IMG/VR virus record: IMGVR_UViG_3300036820_000019
Location: 1 to 59,487 of that record
Direction: 5' to 3' (one strand)
Source of the DNA: a virus
Lineage: Duplodnaviria > Caudoviricetes
DNA: 59,487 nucleotides
Shown: in pieces, positions 16,109 to 25,683 of the stretch
Numbering within the stretch: the first letter of the stretch is position 1
How the letters are laid out: each line of letters begins with the position of its first letter
The notes under the pieces: model-generated
The model's input: the letters and a program-made list of their open reading frames with translations, nothing else
Databases searched by the model: none
What the model was told of the DNA's origin: nothing
Position numbers and translations under genes: made by a program

Positions 16109-18775
16109 TTAGCCCTCGACTTCGTCGAACTCGACGGTGGCGCTCCAATTCACCTGGCTGCCGGAGTCGCCCGTCACGGTGACGACGAGCGTCGAGCCGT
16201 CGGTGTCGACGTCGACGGCCCATGTCGCCGCGGCCACGTCCTGAGCAACGAGGACCGGAGTCGGAGCGACGCCACCGACCCACGAATACGACGACACGCC
16301 ATCGCCGCGGAGGACTCCCTGCAAGGTCCACGCCGAATCGGTGCCGGGCACGTCGATCCGTCGCGCCACGATGCGCACGGTCACGAGGGCCGTCGTTGAC
16401 TCATTTTGCATCAGGAACGAGCCGACTTGAGTCGGCGTGTCGGTCATGTCCGTCTGTATGCCAGCGACGATCCGTTGGAACTGGGAGTCGCCAGCGACGG
16501 CTATAGGCGAGCCCGATTCGGCGTGTGCACCGTTGCCGAGGTAGGCGACCGAAGCGACGCCCTCGGCGTGTCCAGCCTGGCCGACGGTATCTTTGACGAC
16601 GGACCCGACGCCCTCGACGTGAGCATACGGCGCCCAGGCTTGGTTTCCGAAGCCCTCAGCATGCGCCCAGCCGTCGAGGACCCAGTTGCTCTCGCCCTCG
16701 ACGTGCGAGTTCTCGCCCATCGCCAGGTTGTTGTAGCCCTCGACTCGGTTCGGGCCACCGGCCGAGGAGTCATCTATGAACCCGACGGATATGACGGCGC
16801 CTTCGCCCTCGCCGAAGACGTTCCCGAAGTTCGCTCCGTCCCAGTAGACGATGGCTTGCGACCACGTGGTGCCGTTCCCGATGGGGCCCATGATGAGTTG
16901 TTGGGCGAGGTTCGCAGCGACGTCGAACGGCGCGACTCGAGTAAGTACCCAGGGGGTCCCGACCGAGCCAGCGTCAGTGACCTGATAGACGCCGTCGGAG
17001 TTCTCGCCACCGACGACGACAACCGCCTCGCCGACAGATGGGTCGGAGCCGTCGATGGAGAGGACGCCGTTCGCGACCGCCGTCAGGGTCGGCTCGGCGT
17101 AGGTGAAGTCGGGGAGGTAGGTCGAGGGCGTGTAGTCCGGCCACGTCGCGGGCGGCAGGAATGCGAGGTACCAATAGAACGCGTCGTCCTCGGCTTGCGT
17201 GACGTAACTCGCCGGGATGGCGGCCGCCTGGCCCGCGAGCTGCGTGTTGGTGGAACCGCCGCCGCCGCCGTAGGACACCCACGTCGAGGCGTCGTCGTCC
17301 CACTGCCAGATGCCCGTCGACGCGGCTTGAATGTCGATGGCAAGCGACGAGGTCCCCGTCGGCGTTAGGTCCGTGTCGTTCGGTGCGGTGGTCGTCAGGT
17401 ACAAGAGACCGGAGCCGGACCCGTCGACCACGAGACCGTAGAGACCGAGCCACGAGGCACCCGATGCCGACAGAGCGACCTCGGCGACTATGGCCGCGTC
17501 TTCGAGGCGTTGTAACACGGGCTGCAATCCGGCGAGGAACGCGTACGAACCGGTGAACCCGAGACCGGGCTCGGGCGAGCCGGTCAATTGGCCGAGACCG
17601 ACCCAGGCGGTGTCGTCAGCCGACGGGGGAGTGATCCATAGGCCGGTGCCGTCGGTGTCGTCCCAGTAGAGGTACGGGATCGAATCGGTCGGCGGGGTGA
17701 CGGCGCCGAGCGGTTTCCCGTGCGAACCGTTGCCAGAGGAGACGAGGAACCACGACGGCAGGCTGGCAGCTCCGATGACCTCCCAGTCAGTGTCCTCGGT
17801 GCCGGTCGCCTGGTAGAGAGCAGGCGTCGCGGTGTCGATGCAAAGGTCGCCCTCGGCATCGGGTGTGACGTGACCGTTCGGGTCGCCCGCATAGGTGTAC
17901 TTGGCGCCGGAGACCTGGCCCCATTGCGACGGCGTCAGTTCGACCCACGTCGCCGCACTGTCGAACTCGGTGACGGTGCATCCCCACCACGTCTCGGTGT
18001 CGATCCGCCAAGCGACGTCGCCCTCCTGGCCGGATTCAGCATCGTTCGGGTCGGTCGTGACGAAGTGCATCGCCGTGCCGGAACCGCCGAGGCGGAGCCA
18101 ATTGGCGACGTTCATGTTTCCGTCTTCGTCGATGCTCCCGGACAGGGGCGAGTCGGGCGCGCCCGTCTGCCACCGGACTTGCTGGTCGCCGTCGACGCCT
18201 CCGGGGTACCACCCGAACCCATTCCCCGAGCCGTCGTTCTGAGCGGCCGGGTCGGAGAGGAGGGCCGACTGATTCGGCAGGGCGAGGATCGAGACCGCAC
18301 CGGCGGTGGAAGTCGCGACGCCGGGGATGGTCGTGTCGGCCGCGCCGCCGACGGCTACCCAATCCTCGTCGGTGACGCCCAGGGCTTCGTAGACCGCGCC
18401 GTTCTCTGTATCTTGATACAGGGCGCCGATCTGAGACGGCACGGTGGTGCCGACCGGAGTTCCTTCGCCGAATTGGAACCACGACGGCAGGTCCTCATCA
18501 CCACCGGACGACGTCACGAGGAAGTAGTAGATGCTCCCGTCCCACTGAATCGCGATGGCGTAGTCGTCGGCGTCCTCCAACTCGAGGGCGTAGAAGCCGG
18601 CGCCGCCATAGTCGACCGACGTCGTCACCGGACCGGCGTCAGGTGAGCCCGCCGGAAGGGCGGTGTTCTCTGCAATCGGAGTGCCGCCGGTGAACCGCGA
18701 CGTGAGCCACGCCGAGACGGTCGCGCCGTTCTGACCCTGCTCGCCGATGATGAACTGACCTGATGCCCAAGTCAC
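16109..18775 (-). CDS. Tail fibre with repeated knob modules and YadA-head-like repeats
   Basis: Repeats of P..G.LY.DT...LY...W; SHVEG/AHAEG/AHVEG repeats. Confidence 0.75.
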   Translation of the reverse strand: MTWASGQFIIGEQGQNGATVSAWLTSRFTGGTPIAENTALPAGSPDAGPVTTSVDYGGAGFYALELEDADDYAIAIQWDGSIYYFLVTSSGGDEDLPSWFQFGEGTPVGTTVPSQIGALYQDTENGAVYEALGVTDEDWVAVGGAADTTIPGVATSTAGAVSILALPNQSALLSDPAAQNDGSGNGFGWYPGGVDGDQQVRWQTGAPDSPLSGSIDEDGNMNVANWLRLGGSGTAMHFVTTDPNDAESGQEGDVAWRIDTETWWGCTVTEFDSAATWVELTPSQWGQVSGAKYTYAGDPNGHVTPDAEGDLCIDTATPALYQATGTEDTDWEVIGAASLPSWFLVSSGNGSHGKPLGAVTPPTDSIPYLYWDDTDGTGLWITPPSADDTAWVGLGQLTGSPEPGLGFTGSYAFLAGLQPVLQRLEDAAIVAEVALSASGASWLGLYGLVVDGSGSGLLYLTTTAPNDTDLTPTGTSSLAIDIQAASTGIWQWDDDASTWVSYGGGGGSTNTQLAGQAAAIPASYVTQAEDDAFYWYLAFLPPATWPDYTPSTYLPDFTYAEPTLTAVANGVLSIDGSDPSVGEAVVVVGGENSDGVYQVTDAGSVGTPWVLTRVAPFDVAANLAQQLIMGPIGNGTTWSQAIVYWDGANFGNVFGEGEGAVISVGFIDDSSAGGPNRVEGYNNLAMGENSHVEGESNWVLDGWAHAEGFGNQAWAPYAHVEGVGSVVKDTVGQAGHAEGVASVAYLGNGAHAESGSPIAVAGDSQFQRIVAGIQTDMTDTPTQVGSFLMQNESTTALVTVRIVARRIDVPGTDSAWTLQGVLRGDGVSSYSWVGGVAPTPVLVAQDVAAATWAVDVDTDGSTLVVTVTGDSGSQVNWSATVEFDEVEG

Positions 18776-18785
18776 TGTCGACTCC

Positions 18786-19670
18786 TCACAGCCACGCGTC
18801 GTTCCACGAGCAATACGCCTCCTGGGTGCCGGACGGCGACGCCGAGCCTAGGTGGTAGGTGATGGTCGTTCCACCGTTGGGCTTGAGTTGGAAGAACGCG
18901 ATCGCGGCGACGACGTCCCACGCCGAGTTCCCGTCTTGGTCGACGCACGTTTGGTTATACAGGTCGATCTCGATTGCGGTCGGCATGGGCGGCGCGGCAT
19001 TCGTCCCGCGGTTCGCCGACGTTATGAGGATCTGATTGCCGAGGTCGTCTTCGATGTAGTCGCCGTTGCACGGGTAGTCGAGCGTGAACACCGGCCACGC
19101 CGGGTAGTTGCCGAAGGTGTCGATGGCAACCGAGCCGTCACGGTCGAGTTCCTGCGGTGACCGACCCGACGGCGTGACTTGCTTGATCGGGAACGGGCAT
19201 ATCAGCGAGCCCTCGAATTGGAACGGCCAGGCGTCGGGAGTCTGCCCGGACGAGCCCGGCGGGACCTCTTTGTACTCCGGCTTCGATGCCAGGTAGCCAT
19301 CGAGGTACAGGTCAGTCTCGCCCTCGTGCACGACGACGTGGCAGGTCCCCTGAGCAAGCGTCGCGGCGAGGAGCATGCCCCACTGGGATTCGGCCGCCCA
19401 GCGCGCCGACTCGGAGGGAGCTATGGCGAAACCGTTGGCGAAAGTGATTAGTCGGCTTTGGAGTTCGTTCACGCCGACGATGGTCCCGTCGATGCCGTAA
19501 GGGTCGACGAGGACCTGGCGAACGTCGGGCCCGTCCCAGCCTTCGAGTTCCTCTATGGCCCAATAGACGCCGTTGCCGTCGGGGACGAGTTGCCCGGTGT
19601 CGTCGTTCGTCTCGTTGAAATTGATCGAGAGAACGCCGGTCGGGTCGGTGACGGTGTACCAGCGCGGCAC
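18786..19670 (-). CDS. Distal tail protein (Dit-like)
   Basis: Directly after the tape measure gene; ELEGWDGPDVR, CPFP, GNYPAWPVF, WNDAWL motifs. Confidence 0.8.
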   Translation of the reverse strand: MPRWYTVTDPTGVLSINFNETNDDTGQLVPDGNGVYWAIEELEGWDGPDVRQVLVDPYGIDGTIVGVNELQSRLITFANGFAIAPSESARWAAESQWGMLLAATLAQGTCHVVVHEGETDLYLDGYLASKPEYKEVPPGSSGQTPDAWPFQFEGSLICPFPIKQVTPSGRSPQELDRDGSVAIDTFGNYPAWPVFTLDYPCNGDYIEDDLGNQILITSANRGTNAAPPMPTAIEIDLYNQTCVDQDGNSAWDVVAAIAFFQLKPNGGTTITYHLGSASPSGTQEAYCSWNDAWL

Positions 19671-22159
19671 TAGGAGTGCTTCACTTTCGAGGCCTGGGAG
19701 CGGGTGGTCTGTTGGGCGATGGTCTGACCGCTCAGCTTGACGGTCGTCGTCGTCTTCGGGGTGCCGGGCCGCATGGGTGACCGCGGGATGGCGGCCGCCT
19801 TTGCTTTCTCCGCGGCGACCTCGGCGTTGTGCTTCTCCAAGCCAGCGACTCCGCCGTACCGGGCAACGATGGCGTTTGTCTTGGCGGTGTCCGACGTCGA
19901 CGGCGTGACCGCGTGTCCGCCGAAAAAGTTGTAGACGTCACGGCCGAGGTCTTTGTCGTACTGCCCGGCCTTCGTGTGCTTGAGGGCTTCGGTCGTGAGG
20001 CCGAACGCCGCGACGCCTGCGGCCGCAACTGCTATGCCCTGTATGCCCGCAGAGAACGCACCGAGACCAGCGCCGCCTTCGAGACCGGAGGTCCCGGCCA
20101 GGATCTCCGCACCGGACATGAGACCGAGGGCCTTCGTGGCGTCTCCGATCATCGTTATGAACTTGACGAACTTGGCGCCGGTGTAGAGGGCTATGGCGCC
20201 GCCGAGAGTTACCTCGAGTGCGTGTGCCGCGTCCGACGCCGCGCCCTTGTTCTTTTCGAGCCAGTTCGCGCCCTTCGTCAAGTCGCCGACGAACTCGGTC
20301 AATTTCGGAATCACCTTGAGGCCGAGCTTCGTCCCCAAATCTTCGAGGTCGGACCCGAGGATGGCGGCCTGCTTGTCGAGCGTCTGGTTGTTCTTCGCCG
20401 CGGCCTTCGCCGCCGAACCCGCCGCGGCGACTTGCTTGCCCCACTTCTGGAATGCCGCCGGGCCCTCGTTTATGACCTTGAGCATCACCTGCGCGGCACC
20501 GGCGCCGAACAGAGTCGTCGCGGCCTGGTCGCGCTGCTCCGGGGTGAGGACCGCGAACGCCTGGTGCAGGAGACCGAGCGTCTTCGTCGTGCCGATGAAC
20601 TGGCCCTTGGCGTTGAACAACTGGATCCCGGTTTTGCCAAGCGCCAGGATCTCCGCCTCGAGTGAGGCTTTCTGGTCCTTGAGCCCGACGGTTGACTGCC
20701 CCATGGACGCGTTCGTCGTGTCGAGCTGGGATTCGAGGTCGGCGAGATTCGTCTTGAGCAGCGTCACGTTGGCATAAGCGGGCGACGACGAGGTCACCGT
20801 TCCGAACGAAGCGATCTGAGTCTTGAGCGCCGAGATTTGCGAGGTCAGATTCGCGGCCGCCGGTGAGGATGCTCCGGCCTTGTCGAGTTCGGCGTTGACC
20901 TTATCGAGTTGTTGCTTGAGGGAGGCAATCGACGTGCCGCCCTTCGTGCCGAGCGATTCGAGCTGCTCCGTGACGGCGGTCGATCCGCCGAGGAGCTTCG
21001 TGAGCGCCGTCGAGACCATCTGCACGCCCTTGCCGCCGACGACTCCGTTCTTCGCCAACTCGACCATCAGCGTGGCGACGTCGCCGAGGGATGGCGAGGC
21101 GGTGCCGAGGCGGCCGTGCAGTTTGTCGACGGCCGTCGTGACGGTCCCGAGCGAGGTCTGGGTGAGGCGTGACGCGTTGAACAACACGTCCGAGGCGTAG
21201 GCAGCCTGGTCCGTCTTGAGCGAGAACGCTTGCATGACCTGTGAGAGGTTCCCGGTCGTCGTCGCGAGGTCACCGGAAACGGCCTCGTTCAAGTCGAGCG
21301 CGGTGTTCATGAACTTGAGCGCCTGCGCCGCGGTGAGTGCCTTGCCCTGGGTAGCTCCGAGCTGCCCGGCGACCTTGGCGTAGGCGGTGCCGATCTGTGT
21401 CGCCGAGGCGTAGGCGACTCCGCCAGTCGAGAGGAACGCGTTCGAGATCTTCGTCGCGGCCGCAGTCGAGATATTCGCCGAGGCGGCGATTTGGTAGTTC
21501 ACCTGTTGGAACCCGGTTGCCAGCTTGACCGATTCGTACACGACGCCGACGGCCAGTGCCGACCCGGCCAGGAGGACTACCTTGCCGAGTTTGGCGTACG
21601 ACGAAGCGAGCTTGTCGATGTTGCCCTTGTTCGCATCGACCGCCGTCGACGCCCGCGCGAGCGCACCGGCGAACGGGAGTTCGGCCGACTCGGCGACGGC
21701 GCCCAGTTTGCCGAGACCCGTCGAGAGAGCGCCGCCGAAACCCTCGGCCGCCTGCTTGCCCTTCGTGGCGAAGAATGCCGCCAGACCACCGAGCCCGACC
21801 GAGGCATCCTCGGGCAGAGTCTCAGCCATGCCAGCGAACGAAGACGAGATCGAGTCGTGGATCGCGGTGTCGAATGCTTCACCGGTCGCCAGACCTCCGG
21901 CCGCGCCGACCGCCGCGCCTGCGTCTTGGAAGTCGCGGGGAACGAGGAGGCCCGAGGAGTCGAGCTTGAACTTGCCGAGTTCCTCCGAGGCGCCGGTGCC
22001 GACGGCGTCGCCGTAGACCGCACCGGCCGCCAGGCCCGCATCCGACAGTGCGTCGCCGGTCTCTGAACCCGCGGCGAGTTCGGCCTCGGTGGCGTCACCG
22101 AAACCCGTCATCAGCGGGCGGAGTTCTACATACGCATAGCCGACGACGCCGTCAGGCAC
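19670..22159 (-). CDS. Tape measure protein
   Basis: 829 aa Ala/Gly-rich helical protein; VVGYAYVELRP N-terminus; follows the chaperones. Confidence 0.9.
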   Translation of the reverse strand: MPDGVVGYAYVELRPLMTGFGDATEAELAAGSETGDALSDAGLAAGAVYGDAVGTGASEELGKFKLDSSGLLVPRDFQDAGAAVGAAGGLATGEAFDTAIHDSISSSFAGMAETLPEDASVGLGGLAAFFATKGKQAAEGFGGALSTGLGKLGAVAESAELPFAGALARASTAVDANKGNIDKLASSYAKLGKVVLLAGSALAVGVVYESVKLATGFQQVNYQIAASANISTAAATKISNAFLSTGGVAYASATQIGTAYAKVAGQLGATQGKALTAAQALKFMNTALDLNEAVSGDLATTTGNLSQVMQAFSLKTDQAAYASDVLFNASRLTQTSLGTVTTAVDKLHGRLGTASPSLGDVATLMVELAKNGVVGGKGVQMVSTALTKLLGGSTAVTEQLESLGTKGGTSIASLKQQLDKVNAELDKAGASSPAAANLTSQISALKTQIASFGTVTSSSPAYANVTLLKTNLADLESQLDTTNASMGQSTVGLKDQKASLEAEILALGKTGIQLFNAKGQFIGTTKTLGLLHQAFAVLTPEQRDQAATTLFGAGAAQVMLKVINEGPAAFQKWGKQVAAAGSAAKAAAKNNQTLDKQAAILGSDLEDLGTKLGLKVIPKLTEFVGDLTKGANWLEKNKGAASDAAHALEVTLGGAIALYTGAKFVKFITMIGDATKALGLMSGAEILAGTSGLEGGAGLGAFSAGIQGIAVAAAGVAAFGLTTEALKHTKAGQYDKDLGRDVYNFFGGHAVTPSTSDTAKTNAIVARYGGVAGLEKHNAEVAAEKAKAAAIPRSPMRPGTPKTTTTVKLSGQTIAQQTTRSQASKVKHS

Positions 22160-22472
22160 GGGGCGCGTCTTTCACAACCGGCTTCGCCCTCGGGACCATG
22201 GCCGTCATTTTCGCAAGCGCGGCCTGCGCAGATGGGGATAGTCCCCAGTTCGTGTTCACCGGGTTCACACCGGGCCCTCGATTGCCCATGATGCGCTGCA
22301 ATGCCTCCTCGGCTTCCTCGCCGCCGAGATGGTCGAGGGCCAGGACCCACAACATAGCCACCCAGCCCCGGAGCGGTACTAGGTCAGGGTCGACGCCTAC
22401 TCGCCAGAAGCACCCGGCGAGCCAGTCCCGTTGGCCGATGCACCATTGGATGAGCCCTTCGGCTCGGTCGTA
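22152..22472 (-). CDS. Tail assembly chaperone, frameshifted (GT) C-terminal part
   Basis: The -1 frame is open from CCC TAC: YDRAEGLIQWCIGQRDWLAGCFWRVGVDPDLVPLRGWVAMLW... Confidence 0.7.
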   Translation of the reverse strand, partial: YDRAEGLIQWCIGQRDWLAGCFWRVGVDPDLVPLRGWVAMLWVLALDHLGGEEAEEALQRIMGNRGPGVNPVNTNWGLSPSAQAALAKMTAMVPRAKPVVKDAPRA

Positions 22473-22831
22473 GGGTCCACGTCTGAGTACGCACCAGTCA
22501 GGAACTCACGCACGGCTTGAACCGTGTCGAACCCTTCGTCGAGTGGCAACCGGCGCCGCACCACGTCAAACCTTTTGACCGCCGCGGCGTGGCCCTCCTC
22601 GTCGACGTCGGGTGACGGCGCCAGGCAGTCGGAGATGAGCTGCACCGCGGCCTCGACCGGGATCGTCGCCTTGTTCGGGTCGAGGGGATCGAACCGGATG
22701 TGCGCCCGGTAATCCTCCATGACCGCGATCGTTATGTCCGGCAGGCACGCGAACTCCTCGCCGTCGAGGATGAACGCGACGTCGCGTTGTCGAGGCGCGG
22801 CGACTTTGAACTCCTGGCGAAATTGGGTCAT
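22397..22831 (-). CDS. Tail assembly chaperone (G)
   Basis: MTQFRQEF...FILDGEEF; ends DPT plus a low-complexity tail; lies before the tape measure gene. Confidence 0.8.
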   Translation of the reverse strand: MTQFRQEFKVAAPRQRDVAFILDGEEFACLPDITIAVMEDYRAHIRFDPLDPNKATIPVEAAVQLISDCLAPSPDVDEEGHAAAVKRFDVVRRRLPLDEGFDTVQAVREFLTGAYSDVDPTTEPKGSSNGASANGTGSPGASGE

Positions 22832-23256
22832 AGCAGCGAGCTCCTTATGATGATGTTTGCCGACTCCCACAGCCACGGTTGAGGTCGGGTTCCTGGGTGA
22901 TTGACGCTTGCGAAGAAAACGTAGCCGCCGCCCTTCGGCCAAAAGAAGTGCAACGCGGAGGCGTTGACCGCGGCGATGGGATGCGGGCTCGTGCCCTGAT
23001 GCACGAAGTAGGCGTACGACTTGTTGGCACCGATGCGGAATCGCCAGCCCAACTCGACGTCGAGCGCCTCGTCCATGAAGTGCGATTTCTTGAGGCCTCC
23101 GGCGCCAACGTTCGGACCGCCTGAGCCCTGCGCGACCGGGCATCGTTCGATGGCGAGCGCCTCGACCCGGAGGGCTATGTTGCGCGCACCGAGGAACGTC
23201 TGCTGGGCGACGACGAGCCGCCAGTCGGGCTTGAGAACGAACCGCGGGATTGCCAC
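22828..23256 (-). CDS. HK97 gp10-like neck protein
   Basis: CPV...GGLKKS...YAYFVHQGTSPHPI...VNHPGTRPQPWL. Confidence 0.8.
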   Translation of the reverse strand: MAIPRFVLKPDWRLVVAQQTFLGARNIALRVEALAIERCPVAQGSGGPNVGAGGLKKSHFMDEALDVELGWRFRIGANKSYAYFVHQGTSPHPIAAVNASALHFFWPKGGGYVFFASVNHPGTRPQPWLWESANIIIRSSLL

Positions 23257-23267
23257 GGTCGGCGAGG

Positions 23268-23612
23268 CTAGTGCTGTCCGGGAGGGGAGTACCCGCAACA
23301 GGAGCGGGCGGGTAGCGCCGCCGGTGCGGGCTCGCCGTCGGGGCCCTCGAGTAGGACCAAGTGCTTTCGGAGGCACACTTCGAGATGGCGGTGAGTTTTC
23401 TTCACGTCGCCCCAGTGGTTCGCCGCGATCCCGAACACGTTCGCCAGGGCGTACACGCGCACGTAGCCGTCCGGCACGTCACCCGGCAAGCCATCCGATC
23501 GAGGCGGCGCCTTGCGGATCGTCTCGGCCGAGAGGATGGTGACCTCACGAACCTTCGGCTTCTCGACTTCGAGAGACGGTACCGCCTTTGGCGAGGTCCG
23601 GCGGGTGGTCAT
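23268..23612 (-). CDS. Hypothetical protein
   Basis: Coupled ORF in the structural operon; ends RSCCG. Confidence 0.65.
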   Translation of the reverse strand: MTTRRTSPKAVPSLEVEKPKVREVTILSAETIRKAPPRSDGLPGDVPDGYVRVYALANVFGIAANHWGDVKKTHRHLEVCLRKHLVLLEGPDGEPAPAALPARSCCGYSPPGQH

Positions 23613-23908
23613 CCGATGACTTGCAGGAACCCGGCCGCGATCCGCGCCTCGACGTCGGGTGTGCGCGGCAGGGTGTACGTCTTGAGGGCCCGGAGCGTCG
23701 CGTGCCCCGCGAGCGACTGACCGGCCATCGCTCGGACCTTCACGTCCGGGTAGGTCGTCTCGGCGGTGTCTGCGCCCTCGGCGAGGTTCGTGGCGCCCTG
23801 CGTGGTCTCAGCCTCGTCTCCGGCCGGTTTGGCGTTCGGGGCGAGCGCCTCGATCTCCTCGGCTCGTGCGACGGCTGGGTCCGGCGGTGCGTGGTAGGGC
23901 TCGGTCAC
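23609..23908 (-). CDS. Hypothetical protein
   Basis: Coupled ORF in the structural operon. Confidence 0.65.
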   Translation of the reverse strand: MTEPYHAPPDPAVARAEEIEALAPNAKPAGDEAETTQGATNLAEGADTAETTYPDVKVRAMAGQSLAGHATLRALKTYTLPRTPDVEARIAAGFLQVIG

Positions 23909-23923
23909 GCGCCCGACATTACC

Positions 23924-24460
23924 TCAAGGCATCTGGATCTGCACCGTTAGCTCGTAGCCGACGAACTGCCCTTTGGGTCCAATGGGTTCGAGCGGCCCGA
24001 TCAGTGCGGGCTTGAACGGAAACAGGGTGTTCTGGAATTGAGCAACCTGCAAGGCGGCGAAGATGACGAACGCCGCATTGAGCGAGTTCTTCGAGAACGC
24101 GGTGATGGCTTGCGCCGAGGCGGGCTCGAAACCGGCGATGGCCGAGATCTTCGGTTCGGGAACCGGCGTCTTCGCCCAAGTCTGGACCTTGAAGATGGCG
24201 ACGGTCTGGGTCCACTTCGCCTCGCCCGGCGTCATGCCCGCGAACTGTTGAATGCCGATCTGTCCGGCGTGCCCCATGGAAAACAGGACGGCGACCGTTC
24301 CCGGCACGTCGAGCGGGAACTCGATTCCCGGTGCGATCAGACGGTTTCGGAAGCCGTCTATGTCGTTGGCGTCGAGGGCCGCCGAGGCGGTGTCGAGGAT
24401 CGTCTGCGCCAGGTTCGAGAGAGTCGGCGGTTGAACGTACGGCGGGACGTTGTCGCTCAA
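23924..24460 (-). CDS. Putative tail terminator/completion protein
   Basis: Position after the adaptor; C-terminal PIGPKGQFVGYEL. Confidence 0.65.
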   Translation of the reverse strand: MSDNVPPYVQPPTLSNLAQTILDTASAALDANDIDGFRNRLIAPGIEFPLDVPGTVAVLFSMGHAGQIGIQQFAGMTPGEAKWTQTVAIFKVQTWAKTPVPEPKISAIAGFEPASAQAITAFSKNSLNAAFVIFAALQVAQFQNTLFPFKPALIGPLEPIGPKGQFVGYELTVQIQMP

Positions 24461-25344
24461 GAAATGACCGGCTGGTCGAAGTTGTACCACTCCTGGTAAA
24501 GCGGACTCTCCTCGGGCGCGACCGAGTCGGGAGAGATGAACGAGGCTCGACGTCGGAGGCCGAACGGATTCGAGGCGACGATGAACAGGTCGACGAGCGG
24601 CAGGCCCGTGAGCCCTTTCTCTATGAACGTCAACGGGTCGGCCGCTATGGCGGTGACGCCCTGGCGAGCGATGTTTATGACGCGCTGCGGGAGGTCCGAC
24701 TCCGAGCCCGAGAGGGCTTTGGCGATCTCGACGGCGTAGGCGAACGCGGCGATCCTGCCGTCAGCGGGCAGTCGCTTTCCCCAGGCGTAGTCGACGAACC
24801 ATCGACCATCGGAGAGCGCCGGCTGTCGGAGGTCCTGGCAACACGGCCAGACCTGCGGCGAGTTCGGTGCGGGCGGTGGCGTCGTCGACGCCATGCGGAC
24901 AAGGCGCCGCTTGTTGAGCAGCGTGTAGTCGATGCCCGGTCGGAGCAGCGTGCCGTTGACCGTGACGCCTGATATGACGACCGACGTCGGGAAGACGAAC
25001 TCGGCCGACGACGCGCAGTTACAACCGTTCCACGCGTAACCGCCCGCGCCCCATCCCTGCCAGAGCGACCACGCCGAGCCCCAGCCTCCCCACGACGCCA
25101 TCCACCACGGCGCGCACCCGCAGTCGCGGTTTATGACCGTCGGTTGTATGCGAGCGATTCCGCCCTCGGCGAACTGCCGACCGGTGAGGCGGTACAAGTT
25201 CTCCGAGGCGGCGCAACAGATCAGGCTCAGCATCTCGGGATTCGAGGCGATGTCCGGCGAGAGCCAGCCGGAGCCGCCCTGCCCGTCGGAGTTGGCGCCG
25301 GGTGCGGCGAGGATCTGGTCGGGGGTGACCCATGGGAGGAGCAT
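24457..25344 (-). CDS. Head-to-tail adaptor
   Basis: LYRLTGRQF...LPQRVINIARQGVT...TGLPLVDLFIVASNP motifs of actinophage adaptors. Confidence 0.8.
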   Translation of the reverse strand: MLLPWVTPDQILAAPGANSDGQGGSGWLSPDIASNPEMLSLICCAASENLYRLTGRQFAEGGIARIQPTVINRDCGCAPWWMASWGGWGSAWSLWQGWGAGGYAWNGCNCASSAEFVFPTSVVISGVTVNGTLLRPGIDYTLLNKRRLVRMASTTPPPAPNSPQVWPCCQDLRQPALSDGRWFVDYAWGKRLPADGRIAAFAYAVEIAKALSGSESDLPQRVINIARQGVTAIAADPLTFIEKGLTGLPLVDLFIVASNPFGLRRRASFISPDSVAPEESPLYQEWYNFDQPVIS

Positions 25345-25356
25345 GCTCGTAGATCC

Positions 25357-25674
25357 TTAGCTCGGTGGTCCTGGCGGCGCGAGCGCAGTGAACACGGCCG
25401 ACTCGGTGATGGCGCATGCTCCGGTCCCCTGCACGGTGAGCCGACCCACTCCCGCGACGGTAACCGGCAACTCGACCTGGTAGACGCCGACCTCGAGTTT
25501 GTTGATGGTTGCCGGGTAGGCGAGAGGAGTCCAAACGTCGCCCTGCAAATACTGGGCGGTGACGGTGTCGGGATCGACTGGCACCGAGGGTGCGTCGGGA
25601 TTGGCGAACGTCATGGTCGCGGTGATCGATGTATTTGTATACAACGGGTCCGGCAGGTTGAGCTGAATCGCCAC
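25357..25674 (-). CDS. Small Ig-like structural protein
   Basis: PVDPDTVT...GVYQVEL beta-sandwich pattern. Confidence 0.6.
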   Translation of the reverse strand: MAIQLNLPDPLYTNTSITATMTFANPDAPSVPVDPDTVTAQYLQGDVWTPLAYPATINKLEVGVYQVELPVTVAGVGRLTVQGTGACAITESAVFTALAPPGPPS

Positions 25675-25683
25675 GGCGACAGC

